Source: an uncultured Clostridia bacterium (GTDB lineage: Bacteria > Bacillota > Clostridia > TANB77 > CAG-508). Taken from it: DNA of 64,000 bases. Positions within the stretch are counted from its first letter, which is position 1. Each line of letters begins with the position of its first letter. Shown here piece by piece: positions 33,841-43,706 of the stretch. Position numbers and translations under genes: made by a program. The stretch spans positions 2,368 to 66,367 of the forward strand of contig CAKPRG010000006.1 in assembly GCA_934182465.1 (NCBI GenBank), written 5' to 3'. Under the pieces are notes generated by a model. The model was not told where the DNA came from and searched no databases. It saw only the letters and a list, made by a program, of their open reading frames with translations.

Positions 33841-36534
33841 TTAATAAACAATTCTATTTTCCCTATATCCACAATTTATATAATGTATATAATAAGCTAA
33901 ATTGTCATTTCCGAAAGCTCTTTGTAAATCAAAATTTTTGCTTTTATATACTGTAACTTTAAATGTGCTACTTGCATTTCTACCTTCTTTAATTCCATTT
34001 GAAGCAAAATGTTGTAGTGCTTTTGAATAATTGTTTCCGAAAGCTTTTTTTAAGTCTGAATTATTATTTAAATAATAATTTACATCAAATAATTTTGAAC
34101 TTTTTCTTCCTTCATTAATACCTGAATTTACAAAGTGATTATATGCAGCTTCATAATTATTTTTAAATACATTTTTTAAATCTGAATAATAATTCAAGTA
34201 ATCCCTCACATTAAATACTACTGAAGCTTGTCTACCTTCTTTTATTCCACAATTTATCCAATGATTTTTTAGTGCAGTTTGATTATATCCAAATACTCTT
34301 TTTAAATCTGCATTTGTATCAGCATAAAACCTATAGTCAAATAAATAATTTTTTATAGCAACTGGTGTTTTATCTATTAAATTAGTTCCTCTTCTGCCTT
34401 CTTTTCTGCCAAATACATTATAATGTTGCATCAATTCATAATTATCCATATTTTGTAAATCTTTATTATTATTTCTATAATAATTTACAAAAAATTCACT
34501 TGAACTTGGTCTTCCCTCTTTCCAACCATTGTTTACGAAATGATTATATGCTTGTTCCAAATTATTATTAAAAGCTTTTTTTAAATCATCATTATTGTAT
34601 AAATAGTATTTTGCATCAAATACAGCTGAACCTTGTCTACCTTCTTTTATTCCACAATTTATCCAATGATTTTTTAGCGCTGTTTGATTATATCCAAACA
34701 CTCTTTTTAAATCTGAATATTTATCAGCATAAAATTTATAGTCAAAGATTAAGTCTTCTATTTGTTTTCTTGTGTAACTTTTTTCAAAATTTACTGTTAC
34801 AGTTATATCTTTTTCTAATTTATCAAAAGTAACATCATAATTTGAATATAATTTTCCATCTATACTAAATTTATTTATTTTTGCATTATTATTTGCAACT
34901 ACCTTTATATTTACTTTTGCACCTTTAGTACACAATATATATTTGTCACTAACTGTATTTCCATTTACAATTACATTACCTGAATCATTATTTTTTTCAA
35001 TGCTTATTTTTACTGTATCTTTTACACAAACTGGTATTTTCACAGTTTTATTACTGTTAGTTAAAATAATATTTGCATTTCCAGAACCAACTGCTTTTAC
35101 AATACCATTGCTTACTGTAATAATTTTTTCATTAGATGATTTTATATCACTTAAATTTGCATTAATAGCATTTATTTTGTAAGTTTCTCCAACATTGATT
35201 GGATTTAAATTAAAATCTTGTACTGTTCCAGATTTTGTACCTATTGAAATTTTACTTGGCAAGTCTACTATTGCTTTTCTATTTGGGAAATATTGTACTC
35301 TAAATCTTCCATTAAAAAATCTAAAGCCTCTTATGTCTTCTGAAAGAGTTGATATTTTTTGAACTGATATTATACCATTATCAAGTTTTTCTATATTATA
35401 TATATAGTTTCCATTTGTATAATATAAATCATTTCCATCTGTTAAAATAACAGGCCAAGAATCATTACTTTCCAATTTACCTAATGATATATTTGAATCA
35501 CTTGATTCAATATTATTTCTATAATTTAATTCTAAATATTGATTATTTTTATATGTTAAATAAAACCAGCTATTTCTGTATTCTATAATTGGTCCACTTA
35601 GTCTACTAAAAAAAGAATTATCATAGTCTGTATTGCTACAATTTTGTTCACTATACCATTTATAATGTTCTTTTTGTAACATTCCTGCATCACTTAATAA
35701 AAAGTATTTGTAATTCCATTGTCCATAAATGTCAATTGAGCCATAAGGTTCATCATCCCATGTTAAATCCAAATGATAATAATTATTTCCAATTTTTACT
35801 ATATTCCAAGCATGGCTCATTGTTGCACTAGTAACCATTGATGATTCCAAATTTAATTTTTTAGCTAAATAATTAAATGTTGCAGAATAACCATCACATA
35901 CTGTTTTTTGATTTCTAAAAAATCCATACATTGTATGTACAATATCTGGTAAAGTATTATTGTTTAAATTTTCAAAATCATATTCTGTATTCGAACATAT
36001 ATAATTATGTATATATATTATCTTCTCTAAATCTGTAGAATCTTTTGGTACTGTTTCAACAAAATTATTTGCAACAAATTCAGCTTGATGATAATACATT
36101 TGTATTGAATCTGTGTCTATAAAATAATTTGGTTTTATTTTTGTAGCTATACTATTACTATAATTGTAAAATATAGTCCATGATTTCAAAACATAAGTTT
36201 CTGGATATTTTATTATCATATATTGAATATATTTTGAAATTTCTCCTATTGTCATATTATATTCTTCAACAGAGAAACTTGCACTTCCTGTTATTAAAGC
36301 ATTATATATTCTAGTATCCAAACTTTCTGCGCCCTGATTTGAATTATACTTTTGTGGCGTATTTCTTATTGATTCAATATCTTCTCCACTATTTATAACA
36401 TCTGCTTGATATTCTTTATAGCCTATATTGTCTGGTAATTCTTCTATATCAGTTGTAGCTTTTACTTGGTTATGAACTGATAGAATTATAAAAATAAAAA
36501 ATGCTATAATTAATATTTGTCTTTTTTTCTTCAT
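33841..36534 (-). CDS. Secreted 897-aa protein: transglutaminase-like cysteine protease core + Big_2-like Ig domain + seven ~42-aa C-terminal repeats
   Basis: Signal peptide. CDGYSATFNYLAKK...SHAWNIVKIGNNYYHLDLTWDD (Cys-His-Asp core). IKSSNEKIITVSNGIVKAVGSGNANIIL (Big_2-like). Repeat pattern Y..Y.DL...F..N...A..H....G..EGR..S..F, seven copies. Confidence 0.75.
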   Translation of the reverse strand: MKKKRQILIIAFFIFIILSVHNQVKATTDIEELPDNIGYKEYQADVINSGEDIESIRNTPQKYNSNQGAESLDTRIYNALITGSASFSVEEYNMTIGEISKYIQYMIIKYPETYVLKSWTIFYNYSNSIATKIKPNYFIDTDSIQMYYHQAEFVANNFVETVPKDSTDLEKIIYIHNYICSNTEYDFENLNNNTLPDIVHTMYGFFRNQKTVCDGYSATFNYLAKKLNLESSMVTSATMSHAWNIVKIGNNYYHLDLTWDDEPYGSIDIYGQWNYKYFLLSDAGMLQKEHYKWYSEQNCSNTDYDNSFFSRLSGPIIEYRNSWFYLTYKNNQYLELNYRNNIESSDSNISLGKLESNDSWPVILTDGNDLYYTNGNYIYNIEKLDNGIISVQKISTLSEDIRGFRFFNGRFRVQYFPNRKAIVDLPSKISIGTKSGTVQDFNLNPINVGETYKINAINANLSDIKSSNEKIITVSNGIVKAVGSGNANIILTNSNKTVKIPVCVKDTVKISIEKNNDSGNVIVNGNTVSDKYILCTKGAKVNIKVVANNNAKINKFSIDGKLYSNYDVTFDKLEKDITVTVNFEKSYTRKQIEDLIFDYKFYADKYSDLKRVFGYNQTALKNHWINCGIKEGRQGSAVFDAKYYLYNNDDLKKAFNNNLEQAYNHFVNNGWKEGRPSSSEFFVNYYRNNNKDLQNMDNYELMQHYNVFGRKEGRRGTNLIDKTPVAIKNYLFDYRFYADTNADLKRVFGYNQTALKNHWINCGIKEGRQASVVFNVRDYLNYYSDLKNVFKNNYEAAYNHFVNSGINEGRKSSKLFDVNYYLNNNSDLKKAFGNNYSKALQHFASNGIKEGRNASSTFKVTVYKSKNFDLQRAFGNDNLAYYIHYINCGYRENRIVY
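34227..34746. repeat. Intragenic near-identical ~115-bp direct repeats offset by 405 bp
   Basis: cttgtctaccttcttttattccacaatttatccaatgattttttag...ttgattatatccaaa.actctttttaaatctg occurs at 34227 and 34632. The copies encode YADTNADLKRVFGYNQTALKNHWINCGIKEGRQAS and YADKYSDLKRVFGYNQTALKNHWINCGIKEGRQGS. Confidence 0.85.
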
Positions 36535-36616
36535 AGTAAAATCTCCTTATCCTATTTTTTTGACAAATTTATTATAACATTTATTTTAAAATTTTTATAT
36601 ACTTTAGCAATAATCT

Positions 36617-36649
36617 AAAAAACTTTAGAAATAAATTCTAAAGTTTTTT
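36617..36649. terminator. Bidirectional hairpin terminator
   Basis: AAAAAACTTTAGAA-ataaa-TTCTAAAGTTTTTT. Confidence 0.75.
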
Positions 36650-36673
36650 AATTTTATTCAATATAATTCAATT

Positions 36674-37513
36674 TTATCTGTCTTCTGGACCTTCTGCCAT
36701 TGTATTTGATTTTGCTTTTTCTGAATTCTTTATTTCACTTTCTCTTTCAGATTTTTCCATATCAATCTTAGGCATTTCTGTAATTACTTCTTTATACATT
36801 TCCATATATTCACTTAATGGAAGTATTCCTTCATTTAAGTGAGACCAATCTTTTTCTGTAATTCTTTTATTAATTTCTTCTGGAATATGCATATATTTAT
36901 AAGTTCCTTCAGCTAAATCTGCTGAATATTCTCTATCTAATACATCTTTTACATGTCTATCAAACCATTCTTGATTTGTTGTTATTCCATAAGATTTATC
37001 CATCATATATGCTAATATGTAAAGCCCTTGATTTTCTATATCTCCAATTACTTTTCTTATACCTTTACCATCATATTCTGTACCTTTAAAAGTAAACTTG
37101 TCTTCATATTTTTTAGAGCAATCTATTTGTTGTCTTATAAATTCATCAAAAATACAATCTTGTGTTAAATGTTTTTTTACTCCAGCATAATATTCTGGTG
37201 ATAAATGTTGATTATGTGCTTCAAATTCTTCTATATGTGTTTGTTCTCCTATTGCTGCTGGTACACAATTTGCTAAATGTAAATCTGTATCTAAAGCTTC
37301 TTCTTTACTTTCTATATTTTTTATAGTTTTTGGAAATTTGTACCAAGAAATATCTGTTTTATCAGATGCTTCTTCAAAGTGAGTATATTGTCTAGGTCCA
37401 CAATATTTTCTTATTGCATCTGGTAATAAAACATATGGTATTTCTTTATCAAATTCCTCACAATTTCCCCTTAATCCATATAATGTTGCAAGTGAATGTT
37501 GTAATGTAATCAT
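36674..37513 (-). CDS. Hypothetical protein (His/Asp-rich, possibly a metal-dependent hydrolase)
   Basis: 279-aa ORF: MITLQHSLATLYG...LLPDAIRK...HFEE...HLTQD. No confident family call. Confidence 0.4.
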   Translation of the reverse strand: MITLQHSLATLYGLRGNCEEFDKEIPYVLLPDAIRKYCGPRQYTHFEEASDKTDISWYKFPKTIKNIESKEEALDTDLHLANCVPAAIGEQTHIEEFEAHNQHLSPEYYAGVKKHLTQDCIFDEFIRQQIDCSKKYEDKFTFKGTEYDGKGIRKVIGDIENQGLYILAYMMDKSYGITTNQEWFDRHVKDVLDREYSADLAEGTYKYMHIPEEINKRITEKDWSHLNEGILPLSEYMEMYKEVITEMPKIDMEKSERESEIKNSEKAKSNTMAEGPEDR

Positions 37514-37604
37514 TTTAATTCCTCCTTAAAAAAAACGCCTATATACCAACATTTTGCTAGCACATAAGCATTATATAATTTGCTAAAATTTATATATCTC
37601 GTTT

Positions 37605-38276
37605 TTAAACTACTTCTTGACTTTCTTCTTCATTATCTTCTTGATTTACTACTTCCATACTAGCTATTGAAACTTCATAAGCTACTCTTGTTTCGCTTGT
37701 TCCATCTTCAAATTTTTTCTCATATGTTCTTGATTGAATTCTACCTGTAATTTTTACTTCTGTTCCAACTTCCATATTTTGGCAGAATCTTGCATTTCTT
37801 CCCCAAGCTATTGATGGAATATAATCAGATTTGTTATAAGCACGATTTACTGCTAATAAAACATCAGCTATTTCTCTTCCAAATGGTGTTTGTCTATATA
37901 TAGGTTTTTTACATACATATCCAACTAAAACAACCTCATTTGTTACTTCTTCTTTTTCTTCTTCATCTGATTCTTTTAATTCTGTAATTTCTTTTGCGAA
38001 AACAGTTAATATTAATCTATTTTTTTCGTTTTCGTAATTGTTGTAAGATCTAAATTGACCTTCTACTGAAACTTTTTTTCCTATAGTTAAATCAATATCT
38101 GTTAATAATCTTTCTGAAACTGTAATTGGTATTATGTCTGTTGTTGAACTTAATCTAACAACCTCCATATTAAACACATAAAATTTTTCCCCATAAATTT
38201 CATGACTGTACTTTTTCTCACTTGTTATATTTCCTACTAAAACTAAGTGATTGTTTTCTGAATAATTTGTATTCAA
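37605..38276 (-). CDS. Tandem-OB-fold single-stranded-DNA-binding-like protein
   Basis: Two SSB-like halves: NHLVLVGNITSEK...VSVEGQFRSYN...RLILTVFAKEI and NEVVLVGYVCKKPIYRQTPFGREIADVLLAVNR...IPSIAWGRNARF...VKITGRIQSRTYE...RVAYEVSI. Acidic tail NQEDNEEESQEVV. Confidence 0.6.
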   Translation of the reverse strand: MNTNYSENNHLVLVGNITSEKKYSHEIYGEKFYVFNMEVVRLSSTTDIIPITVSERLLTDIDLTIGKKVSVEGQFRSYNNYENEKNRLILTVFAKEITELKESDEEEKEEVTNEVVLVGYVCKKPIYRQTPFGREIADVLLAVNRAYNKSDYIPSIAWGRNARFCQNMEVGTEVKITGRIQSRTYEKKFEDGTSETRVAYEVSIASMEVVNQEDNEEESQEVV

Positions 38277-38624
38277 TTTAATTCCTCCTTAAATTTATCT
38301 ACAGTATCTCTTAAATGCTCTTTTTATCTTCGTTTTTCTCCTAAAAACAATTTAATTATAGCATACTTTTTCTCTTTTGTCTACATAAAATTGTATATTT
38401 TTCATATTTTTTACAAAATTATGTTTTTTTGGTATTTCTACAGTCATTGATTTTACTACATTTTCAGATTTTATTTTATATGTTTTCCAAAGTAGTTTTT
38501 ATTATAATTCTTATGTTACTTTATTATTTGTAAACTATGTTTTTTGCTTTATTTTTCAGTATTTATATGTTTTTATTGTTTTTTCAAAATTCAATGTTTT
38601 ATCAGTTCAAAATATTTATTTCAT

Positions 38625-40013
38625 TTAGCTATTTTGGGTTGATAAAACACATTCTTTATATATTTTTCCCCTTTCTTCAAAATTTTTAAAATATCCATAA
38701 CTTGAAGCAGCTGGTGAAAGTAAGCAAATTGTATTTGGCTTTGTAACTTCCTTTGCTAATTTTACTGCTTCTGGCATATCTTTAACTAAATAACATTTTT
38801 TATTTGTATCTTTTAAACTATTATATACATATTCTCCTGTTTTTGGCAAACATATTATATTTTCAATATTAGATTTTTTTAAATATTCATACAAACTATC
38901 TAATTCTACTCCTCTATCTTTACCTCCAACAAGTAATGTATTTACATTTTTTAAAGCATCAACAGCATTTATTGTTGCTTCTGGTATAGTTGCTATTGAA
39001 TCATTGTAATATTTAACATCATTTATTTCTGCAACAAATTCCATTCTATGCTCTAAATTTTTAAAATTTTCAATTGTGTTTTTAGCTTTTTCCATATTTA
39101 GATTTAATATTTTTGCAACAGTAAGTACAAATAAAACATTATTTTCATTATGTTTTCCTTTTAATTGCATATTTAATTTTGAATCAAATAATTTTGTTTT
39201 ATTAAAATATATTCTGTCTTCATTAATTAATACATAATTATCTGATTTTAAATTTAATGTTTTAGAAAGTTCACTATCTTCTTCTATTATTGCATAATCA
39301 CTTTTTTTATAATTAAAATTAAATTCTTGCATATACTTATTTGAAGCATTATATATAAAAATATCATTTTTAGACTGGAATTTTGCAACATTAAATTTGG
39401 CTTCAATATATTTTTCCATTGAAGAATAGTGGTCTAAATGTTCTTCATATATATCTAATAATATTGCAATATTAGGAGATTTCTTTACAAATTCTAATGC
39501 ATGAGAAGAAAGTTCTAAAACAAGTATAGTGTCTTTTTTCATATCATCTATATCATTAAATATTGGCTCTCCTATATTGCCTAGTAGCATTGCATCTTTT
39601 CCTTGATCTTTTATCATCTGATAAATTAAAGAACTAGTTGTACTTTTACCTTTTGTTCCTGTAACGCCTATCGTATAACAAGGTACGAATTCCAATAGTA
39701 ATTCTAATTGGCTAGTGATTTTATTTTCAAATTTTGATATATCAAAATCTTTTAATGATATACCAGGAGTTTTAAGAACTATATCAAAATAATCAATATC
39801 TCTAAAATAATCTTCTCCAAGCACTACTTCAACATTTATATCTTCTAACAAATATGGTTTATCTGTTAATAGATTCATATTTTTATCTACAATTTCTAGT
39901 TTTTTTTCTGGAAAATGTTTTCTCAAAAATAAGTAACTTGATTCTCCTTCTTTTCCAAATCCTAATATTAATATTTTTTTATTATCTAAATAATTTAATA
40001 ATTTTTCTAACAT
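38625..40013 (-). CDS. MurD-like Mur ligase (UDP-MurNAc-L-Ala:glutamate ligase family), outside any dcw cluster
   Basis: N-terminal Rossmann KKILILGFGKEGESS; P-loop GVTGTKGKSTTSSLIYQM; the C-terminal domain ends CLLSPAASSYGYFKNFEERG as in MurD. Confidence 0.75.
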   Translation of the reverse strand: MLEKLLNYLDNKKILILGFGKEGESSYLFLRKHFPEKKLEIVDKNMNLLTDKPYLLEDINVEVVLGEDYFRDIDYFDIVLKTPGISLKDFDISKFENKITSQLELLLEFVPCYTIGVTGTKGKSTTSSLIYQMIKDQGKDAMLLGNIGEPIFNDIDDMKKDTILVLELSSHALEFVKKSPNIAILLDIYEEHLDHYSSMEKYIEAKFNVAKFQSKNDIFIYNASNKYMQEFNFNYKKSDYAIIEEDSELSKTLNLKSDNYVLINEDRIYFNKTKLFDSKLNMQLKGKHNENNVLFVLTVAKILNLNMEKAKNTIENFKNLEHRMEFVAEINDVKYYNDSIATIPEATINAVDALKNVNTLLVGGKDRGVELDSLYEYLKKSNIENIICLPKTGEYVYNSLKDTNKKCYLVKDMPEAVKLAKEVTKPNTICLLSPAASSYGYFKNFEERGKIYKECVLSTQNS

Positions 40014-40040
40014 AAACTTCTCTTTTCTATTAATTTAACA

Positions 40041-41435
40041 TTAATTTTCAAAAATTTTTCTTCTTAAAATTTGGTCAAATTCTTTTGGTAAATAATTATT
40101 TTCATTATAAAATTTTAAAAATTCTCCATCTCTTAAATCATAATTTTCTTTATAGAATTTTAATAAAAATGGTAAACTTTTATTATTACTTTCAAGTTTT
40201 TCTATTGTTTTACTTACAGCGTATTGTACTTCTTCGTATGTACCAACACACTCGAAAGGTTTTGTTTCTCCAAATCCACATAATTCTATAAATGTTTCTT
40301 TTAAATTTTCTTTTTCAAAAAGATCTTCTCCAAAAATATTTACTAGTTCTTCTTTATATAAAAATGGACTTAATATAGTATACACAAATAAGCATTTTGG
40401 ACAATTACAGCACCATTTCCATGGTTCTGTTTTGCTTCCTACATTACAGCTTTTGAAAATACTATGAAATTGTTTTAATTTTGAAAAAAGCATTGCAATT
40501 TGAAGTTCTGTAATTGGTCTTAACATACTAAAATACTCTACTTCTGTGTCTATATATTTCTTAGTAAAATTTCTAAAATCTGTTTCAAATTCATAAGTTT
40601 TTGAATATTGATGGTTTATATTTTCGCCATTAACATTGCTTTGATTTGCACTATCTTCATTTGATAATGCTATATATTTTTTTCCTAATAAATATGCTGT
40701 TAAATATGTTATAAATGCTACAATTGCAGAAAATGGTGTATGACCATTAAAAAATCCTTGTGCATTTAATTCTAGTAAATTTTTATCTATTTTTCTATTT
40801 ACTTCTATTACTTTTTCTCTTTCAAAACCTGCTTGTTTTGCACATTCTAAAGAAACTTTTTTACTTCCAATGCAAAAAGCTAATGTTTTATCTTTATAAT
40901 CTTTTAATAAATCCAAAGTAACATTAGAATCTTTTCCACCACCAATTGGAATGATAATCCCATCAAATTTTTCTTTTATTTCTTCATTTTTATATATATT
41001 TTTTGATTCTGATTTTTCAAAATTTTCTTCATTAAATTCTTCATTTGAAATAAATTTAACAAACTCTTCTTGTTTAATATTAATGTTATTTCTATATCTA
41101 AATTCTCCTAATCCTAAATAATATAATTTTGAAAACCATTTTTTTTGTTCTTCATTTAAAAATCCACATTTTATATGGAAATTTGGTGAGCAAGTTGCTT
41201 TAAAATAACTTATTGCTTCTACCATTCCTAAATAAAATACAATTTTTTTAGCCTTTTCAGATTTTACATTTTGCCATTTAAAATCTTTTTTACTTATTAA
41301 AATTTCTGGTTCAAATTTGCTTAATCCTATTATTTCAAAACCAAATTTTACTATTATATTTTCTCCATCTTCTTTGATTTCATAATATTGATATTCAAAA
41401 TCTTTATATTTTTTTCTTAAAGAATCTATCTCCAT
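40041..41435 (-). CDS. PP-loop-like ATP-pyrophosphatase-fold protein with a C-terminal Cys cluster; MurL-like candidate
   Basis: IIIPIGGGKDSNVTLDLL (an SGGxDS-type PP-loop variant); FKSCNVGSKTEPWKWCCNCPKCLFVY. 27-nt gap to the MurD-like gene. Confidence 0.45.
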   Translation of the reverse strand: MEIDSLRKKYKDFEYQYYEIKEDGENIIVKFGFEIIGLSKFEPEILISKKDFKWQNVKSEKAKKIVFYLGMVEAISYFKATCSPNFHIKCGFLNEEQKKWFSKLYYLGLGEFRYRNNINIKQEEFVKFISNEEFNEENFEKSESKNIYKNEEIKEKFDGIIIPIGGGKDSNVTLDLLKDYKDKTLAFCIGSKKVSLECAKQAGFEREKVIEVNRKIDKNLLELNAQGFFNGHTPFSAIVAFITYLTAYLLGKKYIALSNEDSANQSNVNGENINHQYSKTYEFETDFRNFTKKYIDTEVEYFSMLRPITELQIAMLFSKLKQFHSIFKSCNVGSKTEPWKWCCNCPKCLFVYTILSPFLYKEELVNIFGEDLFEKENLKETFIELCGFGETKPFECVGTYEEVQYAVSKTIEKLESNNKSLPFLLKFYKENYDLRDGEFLKFYNENNYLPKEFDQILRRKIFEN

Positions 41436-41693
41436 AATTTCATCTCCTTATTTAGTATATTATAATATATACTATTTTTTATTTTTATGCAATGTGTTTT
41501 GGGGTGTTTTTTTATGCTGTTTTTAAAGCAATTTCAAGATTCTTTTATATATTAATATAAAAAATTTTGTAAATAAACTCGCTTATATGTTAAATATAAT
41601 ATATAATTATTTAGTAATATTAATATTTTGAAAAAAAGAGAAAAGTGTTCTTATTTAAAAATGGAGATTTTATATATGAATAAGGAGGATTAT

Positions 41694-42362
41694 ATGAAAA
41701 AAAATATATTTATTAGCATATTTGTATTATTTATTTTAATATTTATTCTATGTGTAGTAAAAAATATTTCAAAAATATCTAAAGAAGAAATGCAAAATTT
41801 TATAAAAGAAAGTAAAACCTCTTCAAATATGGAAATCTTAGCTGATTTTGTTGATTTTAGTAATGGCGAAGAAAAAAAATATAGCTATAACTCATATTTA
41901 AAAGATAATGTACAATATATTAAAGGAATTGATAAAGAAGGAAATGAATATCAAAATATTTATAATTATAATAATTCAGAAAAAATATCAATTATTCCAA
42001 AAGAAAAAGTAATTACAAAAACAAAAATTACACAAAATAATTTTTCAAATGGACTATTTGTTAGTGAGTATGATTTAATATATTCTTTGACAGATTATAA
42101 TTATAGATACTTAGAAAAAACAATAATAAACAATTCTCAATGTTATAAATTTGCCTTATCTAAACAAATAGATGATAATTCTCAAGAACAATACATTTTT
42201 TATATAAATATAGAGAACCATAATATTGTAAAGTGTGAAATGCTACTAAATAATAAAGTTATTTTAGAATCAAATTATAAATATATATATGATAAAGTTA
42301 AAGATAATGATATTCTATCAATAGATGATGAAAAATTTGCTGATTATAAAATTATTGAATAA
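41694..42362 (+). CDS. Membrane-anchored hypothetical protein (paralogue of 44478-45158)
   Basis: I prefer the ATG at 41694 after AAGGAGG: MKKNIFISIFVLFILIFILC. Shares ...SYNSYLKDNVQYIKG.D.EG.EYQ... with its paralogue. Confidence 0.6.
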   Translation: MKKNIFISIFVLFILIFILCVVKNISKISKEEMQNFIKESKTSSNMEILADFVDFSNGEEKKYSYNSYLKDNVQYIKGIDKEGNEYQNIYNYNNSEKISIIPKEKVITKTKITQNNFSNGLFVSEYDLIYSLTDYNYRYLEKTIINNSQCYKFALSKQIDDNSQEQYIFYINIENHNIVKCEMLLNNKVILESNYKYIYDKVKDNDILSIDDEKFADYKIIE

Positions 42363-42418
42363 AAATTTTATATTATATATCAAAGTATAAAATTGGAATT
42401 TTTGTAAAATATATTAAT

Positions 42419-42788
42419 ATGAAAAATGTATTAAAAAAATATGAAAATATGTTAATAGGTTTGTTTTCAGGAATAATTAGTGGATTTTTTGGAGCAGGTG
42501 GTGGACTTATATTAATTCCAATTATGACAAAAATTTTGAAAAAAGATGAAACAACAGCAAGAGCTACAACAATTTTTTGCGTATTTTTTATGGTTATAAC
42601 TAGTTGCGTTTTTTATATTTACAAAGCGACAATTGATTGGAATTTAGGAATAAAATGTATTTTAGGTCGGAGTTATAGGTTCTGTTATTGGTACTAAGTT
42701 ATTAAATAAAATTAATTCAAAATATTTGGAAATTCTTTTTATAATTTTTCTTTTTTATAGTGGGATTTCTTTTATCTTAAAAAATTAA
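42419..42788 (+). pseudogene. TauE/SafE-family half-size permease interrupted by a single extra C (a +1 shift is needed at codon CGG 42668-42670)
   Basis: Frame 0 reads ...GIKCILGRSYRFCYWY*. Skipping the C at 42668 gives ILG-GVIGSVIGTKLLNKINSKYLEILFIIFLFYSGISFILKN* (stop at 42786-42788). Confidence 0.75.
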
Positions 42789-42920
42789 TATAAATTAAAT
42801 TGTAAGACTTATATATATTAATTAATTTTTATTTTAAATTTTGGATTTAGATATTTAGATATAAAATAATTATAAATTATATATTAAGTTATACATAAAT
42901 CAAAATATAGGAAATGAATA

Positions 42921-43304
42921 ATGCAGGAGTTTATAATTGGAATTTTATCTGGAATAGTATCTGCTTTGGGAATGGGAGGAGGTACAATTTTAATTTTATT
43001 ACTTGGAATTTTTACCAATCTTGAACAACATTTAGTACAAGGAACGAATTTAATTGTATTTATCCCGGTTTCGGTAATAGCAATACTAATAAATATAAAA
43101 AACAAAAAAATTGATTATAAAATAAGTTTTCAAATTATAATATTTGGTATGATAGGAGCTTTTATAGGAAGCATGCTTGCTTTTGAGTTTAATAATCGAA
43201 TTTTAAAAAAGTTTTTTGGAATATTTTTACTTATTATAGGATTTTTAGAAATTTGTTCTTTCAAGTATAGATTACCTAAAAAAGAAGATAATAAAATTAA
43301 ATAG
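42921..43304 (+). CDS. TauE/SafE-family half-size permease (4 TM)
   Basis: GILSGIVSALGMGGGTILILLL...GMIGAFIGSMLAF. Confidence 0.7.
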   Translation: MQEFIIGILSGIVSALGMGGGTILILLLGIFTNLEQHLVQGTNLIVFIPVSVIAILINIKNKKIDYKISFQIIIFGMIGAFIGSMLAFEFNNRILKKFFGIFLLIIGFLEICSFKYRLPKKEDNKIK

Positions 43305-43395
43305 TAAAATTAAAGAATTTATGGATAGTATTAAGTAATCTATGAAAAATAGAATATGAAAATACTATCTAAAACTTATGTTAGGAGGATTTAAA

Positions 43396-43539
43396 ATGAA
43401 ATTTGCAAAAGGCGTTATTTTAGGTAGTTTAGTTACAGCAGGTGCAATGATGATGTATTCAGAAGGAATTGATAATAGTAAGAAAAAAATAATGAAAAAA
43501 GGAAAACAATTTGCTAGAAAAATGAAATTTTCAATGTAA
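43396..43539 (+). CDS. Small YtxH-like membrane-associated protein (47 aa), below the track cutoff
   Basis: AGGAGG RBS 7 nt upstream: MKFAKGVILGSLVTAGAMMMYSEGIDNSKKKIMKKGKQFARKMKFSM*. Confidence 0.55.
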   Translation: MKFAKGVILGSLVTAGAMMMYSEGIDNSKKKIMKKGKQFARKMKFSM

Positions 43540-43549
43540 CTAAATTAAA

Positions 43550-43582
43550 CTACAATTCACAGTTTGCTTCTGTGAATTGTAG
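43550..43582. terminator. Hairpin terminator between convergent genes
   Basis: Perfect 13-bp stem CTACAATTCACAG-tttgctt-CTGTGAATTGTAG. Confidence 0.7.
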
Positions 43583-43706
43583 TAATTTAGTATATTAATA
43601 ATAAAAGTACATATAGTGTATATTTGGTTAATGTTAATGATAATATTAATATTGTTTATTAATCAGATAGAGTAATATAATCTGTGCATACATAAAAGAT
43701 ATAATT

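Noticed and set aside
42884-43105. 73-aa minus-strand ORF
   Set aside because: It is antisense to the second TauE half, which has clear family motifs.
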